The notes below the pieces were generated by a model. It did not search any database, was not told where the DNA came from, and saw only the letters and a list, made by a program, of their open reading frames with translations. A stretch of 48,348 bases of DNA from Candidatus Limnocylindria bacterium (GTDB lineage: Bacteria; Chloroflexota; Limnocylindria; QHBO01): positions 1-48,348 of the forward strand of contig JBGQCU010000001.1 of NCBI GenBank assembly GCA_041495495.1. Reading direction: 5' to 3'. This document shows, one piece after another, positions 18,322-25,827 of this stretch (positions are counted from its first letter, which is position 1; each line of letters begins with the position of its first letter). The translations under genes and the position numbers were made by a program.

Positions 18322-20297
18322 CGGATCCTCAGCCGCGTGCCGGGCAGAATCCGGTCCGGATCGAAGACGACATCCCCGTTCGCATGCAGGATCTCCGGCC
18401 ACGCGTTCTCGTCGCCGAGCATCGTCGCCGCGATGGACCGCAGCGTATCGCCGGCGCGGACGACGTAGACCCTGGGCACGCGGATCGGCTCAGCCCTGGG
18501 AACGCGGATCGCCTGAGCCGCGGGAACCTTGGTCGCCTTATCCCTCCGAACCCGGGTCGCCTGAGCCCTGGGAACGCGGATCGCCTGAGCCGCGGGAACC
18601 TTGGTCGCCTTATCCATAGGAGCCTCGGGCGCCTCAGGCCTGCGAACCCGGGTCGCCTGAGCCCTGGGAACGCGGATCGCCTGAGCCGCGGGAACCTTGG
18701 TCGCCTTATCCATAGGAGCCTCGGGCGCATCGGCCCCTTGAACCCGGGTCGCCTGAGCCCTGGGAGCGCGGATCGCCTGAGCCGCGGGAACCTTGGTCGC
18801 CTTATCCGTAGGAGCCTCGGGCGCCTCAGGCCTGCGAACCCGGGTCGCCTGAGCCCTGGGAACGCGCGGCGCCTTGACGGCACCCGATGATTCCGCGCTT
18901 GGCGCTACCGGTGTCGGGACGTGGGCCACCCGTGTCTGGGCTGACCCGGGCGGGAAGATGCCGGATGCCATGGTGCGGACGACGCGTGGGCCCCTCGCGA
19001 CAGCCCCGACCAGCTCCGCCGTCCGGTTGACTGCGGCCGTCGCCACCGGAGCGCCTCGTCTCCAAGCGATGCCGCGCAGCGCCTGACCCATCCCGGGCCG
19101 GCCCGCGAGCATGAGGCCAAGAACGACGATAAGGAGCAGACCCGTGGCCACCCCGATGTCCAGGTAGCTGATGAACTTCAGCTCGACCTGCTGGTCACGG
19201 GAGAGGGCAACCGGCCACGAGAACGAGATACCCCAGCCCTGGGCGACGACTCGATAGTCGCCGCGAGCCAAGGCCGTCAAGGTCAACTCTCCATCCTTCG
19301 CCGGCATGCCGACCACGCGTCCGTCGGGATAGGTGACGGCCACATTGGTGTCAATCGGGAAGCCGAAGAGAGCGTCGCGCACGGAGATATGGGCCGAGTA
19401 GAAGAGAAGCGTGATGGTCCAGACGCGCTGCGTGCTCGGCGTGAAGCGCTGCTGGGCAACATGGATCACGCTTGCGCCGTCGACCACCACATCCTCCGCG
19501 GCGTAGGTGACTTCCTTCGCCTGGAGCTCGCCGGCGAGCGGAACCACTCGCTGGCCGAGAACCGTGAAGGGGCTGTCGGCCGGAACACTCATCTGGCTGC
19601 CGATGGCGCTCTTGAGGTCCACCTTCGTCACCCGACCAGGGTCGACCGGATGGCCGGCCAGGTCCACGAACGCGAGGCGGATCTGGTAGTACATCTCGTA
19701 CGTGGCGTAGATATCCCCGTTGTGGGTCCTCCACCGCGCGAATCGCTCCTCCACGCCGGGCGCGACCTGCTTGTCCGCCGCCTGGGGGCGCAAAGACGCG
19801 TCAAACGTGGGGGAGACCTGAACGCGAGCTACTCCATCGGCATCGGACACGAACACCGTGCCATTGAGGTTGAAGGACAGCCCTGGGTTCGATGGCACAG
19901 TTCGAATCGTGAAGAGACGCGGCTGCACGGTCAGGGTCCCGCCTGCCTGTGAGGGCAGCAATGTCGTCGTGCCGTTGAAGGTCACCTGGAAGTAGTACGT
20001 ACCAGGATTGACCGGTGTCTTCAGATCGAAGGTCGCTGTCCCGGCTGCGTCGGTGCGGCCGCCCGCGACATCCCCGGCGATGTGGAGATCGACGTGACGG
20101 TCGCCAAGAGGGGCCCCGCTCTGCAGCCTCAGATGGGCAGTCACCGTGGCACGGTCGCCCCAGACCACCGGCGCCGGCCGCTCAACGGTAAGCACGGTGG
20201 GGTCCTTGACCGCCCCGCGCGCCGGAGACGCCATCAGCGCGACAGCCAGAGCCATCAGCGCCATGGATCGCATTCGGCGCATGGATGTGCGTCTCAC
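18318..20297 (-). CDS. Signal peptide + beta-rich (Ig-like) ectodomain + single TM + basic tandem-repeat region + C-terminal LysM domain protein
   Basis: 659 aa. The GTG start at 20297 overlaps the phosphoesterase stop (GTGA). Signal sequence MALMALAVALMASPARG. TM helix ISYLDIGVATGLLLIVVLGLMLAG, followed by RPGMGQALRGIAWRRG. 32-aa repeats DKATKVPAAQAIRVPRAQATRVRRPEAPEAPM. LysM domain YVVRAGDTLRSIAATMLGDENAWPEILHANGDVVFDPDRILPGTRLRI. Confidence 0.75.
   Translation of the reverse strand: MRRTSMRRMRSMALMALAVALMASPARGAVKDPTVLTVERPAPVVWGDRATVTAHLRLQSGAPLGDRHVDLHIAGDVAGGRTDAAGTATFDLKTPVNPGTYYFQVTFNGTTTLLPSQAGGTLTVQPRLFTIRTVPSNPGLSFNLNGTVFVSDADGVARVQVSPTFDASLRPQAADKQVAPGVEERFARWRTHNGDIYATYEMYYQIRLAFVDLAGHPVDPGRVTKVDLKSAIGSQMSVPADSPFTVLGQRVVPLAGELQAKEVTYAAEDVVVDGASVIHVAQQRFTPSTQRVWTITLLFYSAHISVRDALFGFPIDTNVAVTYPDGRVVGMPAKDGELTLTALARGDYRVVAQGWGISFSWPVALSRDQQVELKFISYLDIGVATGLLLIVVLGLMLAGRPGMGQALRGIAWRRGAPVATAAVNRTAELVGAVARGPRVVRTMASGIFPPGSAQTRVAHVPTPVAPSAESSGAVKAPRVPRAQATRVRRPEAPEAPTDKATKVPAAQAIRAPRAQATRVQGADAPEAPMDKATKVPAAQAIRVPRAQATRVRRPEAPEAPMDKATKVPAAQAIRVPRAQATRVRRDKATKVPAAQAIRVPRAEPIRVPRVYVVRAGDTLRSIAATMLGDENAWPEILHANGDVVFDPDRILPGTRLRIR
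18472..18870. repeat. In-frame tandem repeat: one 72-bp unit, three 96-bp units and a partial unit, inside the LysM-protein gene
   Basis: The core gccctgggaacgcggatcgcctgagccgcgggaaccttggtcgccttatcc recurs starting at 18493, 18565, 18661, 18757 and, partially, 18853. Spacings are 72, 96, 96 and 96 bp, and copies are nearly identical. The repeat creates long artefactual ORFs in several frames on both strands. Confidence 0.9.
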
Positions 20298-21658
20298 GTT
20301 CGGCTCCTGAACGCGCGACTCCAGGTCACGGCCCGCGCGACGAGGCCCGGGCCGGTCGCCACCAGCAGCAGCCCGAGCGCGAGGACGATCGCCGCTGCAT
20401 ATGCGGCGTACAGCACAGCGCGATTCGGCTCGACGGGCGGGGGCGTGGCGAGGCTCGCAGACAGGAATGCGGGCGGCCGCGGCGGCCGAGTGAAGTCGAA
20501 CGCGGAAGCGATGCTGGTGGCGGCCGCATCGCGAGCCGCCAACGGAGGCAATCCCCAGTTCGTTTCGATGAACTTCATGACCGAGGTGTAGTCGAGCGTG
20601 GTGGAATTGACCTGGCCCTGGCGCGCGTAGGCGCTGACGAGCAGCGCGGGGACCCGGAACCCGTAGCCGTAGGTGTCAACCTGCGGCGGCGAGACGTGGT
20701 CATACCACCCGCCCCAGTCGTCATAGGCCCACATGAAGGCCGAGGTGTCCCAGTAGTCAGATCGGGTGAGGGCGTTGACGATGGTCTGGACCAGACGCTG
20801 CCCCGCCTGAATGCTGCCCGGCGGGTGCTCGCTTGAGCCGAGTGGGGCCATGTAGGCCACCGTCGGCAGCGTCCCGTTGCGGAGGTCGGTGTAGTACTGC
20901 TCCATGTCGACGATGTGGCTGAACAGGTACGGGTTGTCGAGGAAGCGGTTGAAGTCGAGCAATGGGACGAACACCGCCTGCGCCGCCTTGTCTCCCGCGT
21001 TCTGCAGCGTTCGATAGTTGATGGTGGGGTCGTAGTTCTGGACGTAGAACTTCCAGGAGATCCCTGCCGACTCGAGCCGATCGAAGATGGTCAACAGGTC
21101 GCCGAAGCCCGTCGTCGGGGGAGAGTCGTGATTCGGGTCACCCGGGGTGGCGGTGATCCAGTACATGTGGTTCATGAAGCTCCCGGCGGCCGCCGAGCTG
21201 AAGAACCGATCGAACAGCACGTACCGGTTCGCCACGTTCCAGTAATAGGGGAGGTCGCGGGCGTCGTAGTACCCCATCGTCAGGCGAGCAATCTGCTCCG
21301 CGTTCAAGCCGCCTGCCGCGATGTGGGCCGAGACGAACCCGTCCATCTTCCCATTGAGGTACTGGCCGACAAAGGTCTCCCGGTTGTGGAGCAGGTCGCT
21401 GATCGGCTGACTGCCAAGGTGGAACGGCTTGACACAACCGAGGCTGGGCTTGGTGGGATCGATCGGCATGCAGGTGCCGGGCGGGAGGCCATCGGCATTG
21501 GGGTAGGTACCGAAGTAGTTGTCGAACGAGTGGTTCTCCTGCAGGAGAAACAGGAAGTGCTTGATCGGGGTCTGCGTCGGCGGGTCGGCGGCAATCGCCT
21601 GGCCGGGGACCAGGATCGTGAAGAGCAGGGCGAGGACGGCGCAGGCTCGCGTGATCAC
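20294..21658 (-). CDS. Phosphoesterase family protein (phospholipase C / acid phosphatase AcpA type), secreted with C-terminal TM tail anchor
   Basis: 454 aa. The GTG start overlaps the GT-C stop (GTGA). Signal sequence MITRACAVLALLFTILVPGQAIA. The hallmark FLLQENHSFDNYFGTYP is present. The C-terminus is ...LATPPPVEPNRAVLYAAYAAAIVLALGLLLVATGPGLVARAVTWSRAFRSRT. Confidence 0.75.
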   Translation of the reverse strand: MITRACAVLALLFTILVPGQAIAADPPTQTPIKHFLFLLQENHSFDNYFGTYPNADGLPPGTCMPIDPTKPSLGCVKPFHLGSQPISDLLHNRETFVGQYLNGKMDGFVSAHIAAGGLNAEQIARLTMGYYDARDLPYYWNVANRYVLFDRFFSSAAAGSFMNHMYWITATPGDPNHDSPPTTGFGDLLTIFDRLESAGISWKFYVQNYDPTINYRTLQNAGDKAAQAVFVPLLDFNRFLDNPYLFSHIVDMEQYYTDLRNGTLPTVAYMAPLGSSEHPPGSIQAGQRLVQTIVNALTRSDYWDTSAFMWAYDDWGGWYDHVSPPQVDTYGYGFRVPALLVSAYARQGQVNSTTLDYTSVMKFIETNWGLPPLAARDAAATSIASAFDFTRPPRPPAFLSASLATPPPVEPNRAVLYAAYAAAIVLALGLLLVATGPGLVARAVTWSRAFRSRT

Positions 21659-23397
21659 GGACGCACCTCGTAGATCACGATGACCGGCGATTCGACATTG
21701 ACCCCGGATGCCGACGGTATCGTCACGGTCTCGGTGTGCACCGCCCGACCGTGGTAGCGGCGGACGTACTCGAGCAGCTTGCTTGCGAAGAAGCCGGAAC
21801 GGGAGGCGGAGAACGAGTCCCAGACGACGTATTGCAGCTCGTTGTTGCGGATCAGGAGATCCGGGTTCTTCAGCGGGTCATAGGACGGGTTGCGCTGAAG
21901 GGGGTTCGGGCTCACCGACAGTCCCGACGCGGACCGATGTCCGTAGAACTGCAGGATGTTGGCCATGGAAGGACCGATGGTCATCAGGTGAGAGCCGGCC
22001 GGGGTGTTGGCGTCGACCCATGCTCCCGCCTCGCGTCCACCTGGCACCCCACCCGATCCGGCGAGGAACGTACCCGAGGCGGACGGCGATACGATGGCGA
22101 GGGTCGGCACGGCCACCGATATGAGGACAGCCGCCACGGCCAATGGCCTGAGCCAGGACAGGTTGACAGCCCAACCGATCGGCGTTGCGACCCAGCCTGG
22201 GCGGAACTCGGTGAGTGCCCTCGCGGCCAACAGGGCCACCGGCGGGGCAATCGGCAGCAGGTACTGAAAGCCCTTGACCGGCCACAGCTGGAAGAACGCA
22301 ATCGGGACCACCACCCAGGACGCAAGGAGGACGTCCTGCCATCCGCGCCTGCGACGCAGAAAGACGAGGCCGGCAATCGCAACGGCCACCACCAGCAGGC
22401 CGATGGACGGTGTCACGACAGTGGCGTAGAAGATCCAGTCGTGGTTTGGCCGGCGGAACAGCTCCCAGACCAGATACTGGCGCGTCCGCTCCGCGCCGCC
22501 GCCCCCTGCCAGCACCAGGGACATGGGAAACGGAGCGATCACCACGAGCATCGCCCCTGTCGCAATCACAAGGTCGCGGATGCGGACGCGGATGTCCTGC
22601 CGCAGAGCGAGGAAGGTGTAGACCGCGCCGAGAAGAACGATGCCGGTCTCCTTGGCAAGGAAGGTGAGGCCCATGGCCCCACCCGCGGCGTACAGCCAGG
22701 ATGCTCTCTGGGTGGTCGCGAACTTGGCTGTCAGGTACAGGGTCAGCGTGGCCAGGAAGGTCATCGGGCCATCCAGCAACACCTGGCGCGACACGACCAC
22801 GTGGTATGGCATCAACGCCAGGATCGCGGCGGCAATCAGGCCCGCGGCATGCCCGTACATGAGACGGCCCAGGAAATACGCCAGGTAGACGGTGGCGAGG
22901 CCGATGACGACGGCAAGCAGCCTGCCGGTCAGGTCGCTCACGCCATAGTGGTAGACGATCGCCAGGACGAACTGGAACAGCAGCGGATGGGCTCTGAACA
23001 CCGGGAAGATCTGCGACAGGGTCGGGTCCTGGGCGATGGCCGCCGCCTGACCGGAGTAGACCGCCTCGTCGGTGTTATAGCCCAGGGCGTTCAGCGACCA
23101 GATGCGCACGACGGTTGCCACGGCCAGAATCACCACCAGCGGGAGCCATGTCACCAACGTGGTAGCGATCGCGCGTGCCAGTGCCAGGGCTCGCTCCCCG
23201 ATCTGGGGAGACCAGATCCTCACGGCGCCGATCCGCGTCGATCGGACGGTGGCGAGCGACATGCGGCGGGCGTGCGCGACCGCGGCAGGGGGGTCCTGTG
23301 GCAGGCGGGACCGCAAGGCGCCGAAACGCAACGCGCTAGGCAGGTTCCGGCTGATCGCCTGCCACCAGACCTTGCCGGTCCTGGCGGGCGGCTGCAT
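21655..23397 (-). CDS. GT-C fold glycosyltransferase (PMT_2 / ArnT-like, GT39/GT83-type)
   Basis: 580 aa and polytopic. The first extracytoplasmic loop carries GYNTDEAVYSGQA (DE motif). A soluble domain follows the last TM helix. ATG 23397 lies only 5 nt after the stop of the upstream gene. Confidence 0.7.
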   Translation of the reverse strand: MQPPARTGKVWWQAISRNLPSALRFGALRSRLPQDPPAAVAHARRMSLATVRSTRIGAVRIWSPQIGERALALARAIATTLVTWLPLVVILAVATVVRIWSLNALGYNTDEAVYSGQAAAIAQDPTLSQIFPVFRAHPLLFQFVLAIVYHYGVSDLTGRLLAVVIGLATVYLAYFLGRLMYGHAAGLIAAAILALMPYHVVVSRQVLLDGPMTFLATLTLYLTAKFATTQRASWLYAAGGAMGLTFLAKETGIVLLGAVYTFLALRQDIRVRIRDLVIATGAMLVVIAPFPMSLVLAGGGGAERTRQYLVWELFRRPNHDWIFYATVVTPSIGLLVVAVAIAGLVFLRRRRGWQDVLLASWVVVPIAFFQLWPVKGFQYLLPIAPPVALLAARALTEFRPGWVATPIGWAVNLSWLRPLAVAAVLISVAVPTLAIVSPSASGTFLAGSGGVPGGREAGAWVDANTPAGSHLMTIGPSMANILQFYGHRSASGLSVSPNPLQRNPSYDPLKNPDLLIRNNELQYVVWDSFSASRSGFFASKLLEYVRRYHGRAVHTETVTIPSASGVNVESPVIVIYEVRP

Positions 23398-23402
23398 CTC
23401 GA

Positions 23403-25082
23403 CTAGACCACTTCCTTGGCGACCGCGCCCGCATCCGTGCGAGAGTCATCCTCGACGGCCGCCTCAATGGGGAGCGCGACCAGCCGATTCTTGCGGGACC
23501 GAGCTTCGATGAGCCCGGGCAGCACCTCTGCCCACTCATGACCCGGCACTCGAAGCCTCCAGATCCTCGCATCGGTGAGGGAGGCAGCAAGGATCTCCCT
23601 CTCGGTGCGACGGAGCGTCGGGTAGTCGTCCCCGCCGATGCGGAGATGCGGCGCGAAGGTGGCGAACGGCGGGAAGCCGTATGCGTCGTCGGTGTTGTCG
23701 ATCAGCTGATCGATGGCGTCCTCCGCGCTGATCTCCTCGCGAAATGCCTCACCTCGTTCGAGCAGGAAGACATGTCGGATGGGAGCCTCGCCGCCGACCT
23801 CGCAATCGAACAGGCTGTTGATGTGGTACTTCGGGGGCGGAACGAGCCACTGCACCACCGAGTTGATCGACATGATCGGGATGTTGAACCTGCCCAGCCG
23901 CTGGCCCACGCTCCGACCGGTCTTGGAGTGCAGGCGGCTCTGAATCGCGAGTGCCGCGCGTTGGCGCCGAGTGAGGTCCTGACCCGCGATCGCCGACATC
24001 GTGTGATAGCTCAGGGTCATCGGCTTCGGGTACGAGATGGCACGGCCATCTGCGCTGATGATGGTCATGTCGTCGCTCAGGAACCGATAGCCGCGTTCCC
24101 GCACCAGCCGGATGACCGTGCTGGTCTTGCCGGTGTCCGTGAGCGCCGAGAGCAGGACCGCATGCTCGCCGGCAGCCAGCGACGCGGAGTGCAGCAGGAC
24201 ATAGCCCTTCGAGACGAGCAGGAACCGCAGGAACGCCTCGATGATGTTCGTGTACAGGACGTGCGGGGACCGCGCCAGCAGGCGGTTCACCGAGATGACG
24301 ACCGGTGAACCCATCTGGATCCGGAAGTTTGCGCCGGCGGCGCCGAGCTGCTCTCGGTAGTGCAGACGATCACCCTCGGCCACGAAGCGGGTGCGAAGGG
24401 TCGGGAGGCTGCCGGTCCTGTTGATCACGATCCGCAGATCGGGCTCGGCGAGGTCATCGGTTCGGAAGAAGCCCAGCTCTCGCAGCTGCACGGCCGACTC
24501 CACCGCGAGAATGCCGGCGATGTCGTAGCGGTAGGTCTTCGCCCGCAAAGGACGCGGCCCGGGCTGGTGCGGTCTCGCCGGCCATGCGCGCTTCGAGGGC
24601 GTTCCAGCCCCGTCGAGGGGATAGGCGGTCGCTGGATCGAGTGCCGCGTCGGTCAGGGTCGGCTCGCTCCAGATCATGTTGCGTGCGATGAGGAAACGGA
24701 ACATGAACAGGCCGCCGAGGGTTGCCAGGTTGGACCAGAAAGCGGACGCGCCCAGGGTGTCGATCAGCAACCAGAGGGCCGGGATGCGCGCCAGCAGAGT
24801 GAGGTTGTTCACGAGGATGAACGAGAGAAACCGGCGCGACGCGGCCTGACTGCCGTCTCCGGCATCAAAGACCCAGCGCTCAACCCAGTAGAAGTTCCAG
24901 ATGCTCGAGCCCTGGGTAGCGACGATGGCGGCCAGGGCGTAGGGCGATCCGGCCAGATCCACGAGTGCGCTGAAGAGCAGCTGGTTGACGATGATGCCGC
25001 TCAGGCCAACCAGGCCGAAGCGGACGAACTGGGCCGTCAGGAAACGAGACGGGCCAAGCCGAGCAGATGTGGAAGATGCCAA
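23403..25082 (-). CDS. GtrA-like 4-TM domain fused to an HprK-like P-loop kinase domain
   Basis: 559 aa. The TTG start at 25082 is preceded by GAGGGA at a 6-nt spacing. The N-terminal ~140 aa are GtrA-like (FVRFGLVGLSGIIVNQLLF...WNFYWVERWVF...). The segment LLHSASLAAGEHAVLLSALTDTGKTSTVIRLVRERGYRFLSDDMTII aligns by eye with the HPr kinase C-terminal core [45 protein letters not shown]. Confidence 0.65.
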   Translation of the reverse strand: MASSTSARLGPSRFLTAQFVRFGLVGLSGIIVNQLLFSALVDLAGSPYALAAIVATQGSSIWNFYWVERWVFDAGDGSQAASRRFLSFILVNNLTLLARIPALWLLIDTLGASAFWSNLATLGGLFMFRFLIARNMIWSEPTLTDAALDPATAYPLDGAGTPSKRAWPARPHQPGPRPLRAKTYRYDIAGILAVESAVQLRELGFFRTDDLAEPDLRIVINRTGSLPTLRTRFVAEGDRLHYREQLGAAGANFRIQMGSPVVISVNRLLARSPHVLYTNIIEAFLRFLLVSKGYVLLHSASLAAGEHAVLLSALTDTGKTSTVIRLVRERGYRFLSDDMTIISADGRAISYPKPMTLSYHTMSAIAGQDLTRRQRAALAIQSRLHSKTGRSVGQRLGRFNIPIMSINSVVQWLVPPPKYHINSLFDCEVGGEAPIRHVFLLERGEAFREEISAEDAIDQLIDNTDDAYGFPPFATFAPHLRIGGDDYPTLRRTEREILAASLTDARIWRLRVPGHEWAEVLPGLIEARSRKNRLVALPIEAAVEDDSRTDAGAVAKEVV

Positions 25083-25222
25083 TATGAATCCCTCGACGCA
25101 TGGGCAACGATGAGTCCGGATTCGTACTCAGGTAACCAAGGACGGCCACGAATTGAGCTGTCCGTTGAGGACGTGTCTCGCAGCGTTGGCCGTCACACGT
25201 GGTCGCCTGAGCCCGTTCCCTG

Positions 25223-25251
25223 AGGCTAGTACGAAGGTACTAAGAATACAA
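25223..25251 (-). promoter_or_regulatory. Candidate promoter of the envelope operon (TTGTAT-N17-TAGCCT) with an embedded palindrome
   Basis: Read on the minus strand. The -35 TTGTAT is at plus coordinates 25246-25251 and the -10 TAGCCT at 25223-25228. The perfect inverted repeat TAGTAC-GAAG-GTACTA (25227-25242) fills the spacer and overlaps the -10, which is operator-like. The site is ~140 nt upstream of the TTG start. Confidence 0.3.
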
Positions 25252-25372
25252 GGACCCGATGGGTCGGGGGGGCCGTAAGTCGTTGATACTGTTGCACTTT
25301 GTCAACAGGCAGGGGCATGATCCCCATCTCTCGTTAACCTTCGGTGCATGTTGAGTTGGGTAGGATTGGGTC

Positions 25373-25564
25373 ATGGAAGCAGCGAAGCCTCAGCCGCCTG
25401 ACCCACAACAGGGTCTTGCGAGCCTTCCGTGCAGCGTATGCGGCCAGCCGACCACGGGCTGGATCTACTACTCCACGACGGACGATGACGGCAACGACGT
25501 GGTCGAGGGGTTCTCGGCCTGCGCTGCCCACCTCCCACAGAACGTCGAGTCGGAGGCGAGCTAG
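25373..25564 (+). CDS. Small Cys-containing protein (63 aa), possible zinc-finger; hypothetical
   Basis: ATG preceded by TAGGA at a 7-nt spacing. Potential ligand set CSVC...C..H (C20, C23, C50, H53). Third-position GC is high in most codons. No family recognised. Confidence 0.4.
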   Translation: MEAAKPQPPDPQQGLASLPCSVCGQPTTGWIYYSTTDDDGNDVVEGFSACAAHLPQNVESEAS

Positions 25565-25567
25565 CCG

Positions 25568-25798
25568 CTACGAAGCTGAACGCGTGCGACCAGGGCGGAT
25601 CGACAGGCCCGGCCGCAGTCGCAGGCGCAGCACCATCAGCAGTGCCTCGCCCACGATGGCACCACTCATCTTCGACGACCCGGCCATGCGTTCGCGGAAG
25701 GTGATCGGAACCTCACGGATCCTCGCTCCCGAGCGATGGGCGCGCCACGTCATCTCGATCTGAAACCCGTACCCGGATCGATCCGGCTTGAATTGCGG
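25568..25798 (-). pseudogene. 3' remnant of a polyprenol-phosphate-mannose/glucose synthase (GT2, Ppm1/DPM1/GtrB-like) gene
   Basis: The translation [55 protein letters not shown] matches only the C-terminal ~55 aa of the catalytic domain (pattern GY.FQ.E...RA...G..I.EVPI.F.ER..G.SKMS). The expected ~170 N-terminal residues are absent. The upstream part of this frame overlaps another gene and reads as Arg/Pro-rich noise, and there is no start codon at the point where homology begins. Confidence 0.65.
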
Positions 25799-25827
25799 TG
25801 CCGCGACGCAACGAGCGTCGGCCCGGG

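Noticed and set aside
18291-18890. Regularly spaced repeats that could be mistaken for a CRISPR array, plus 184-199-aa ORFs in three frames
   Set aside because: The units are directly adjacent 96-bp repeats with no unique spacers. They are in frame within a protein that continues into a LysM domain, and no cas genes are present. The alternative-frame ORFs are repeat artefacts.
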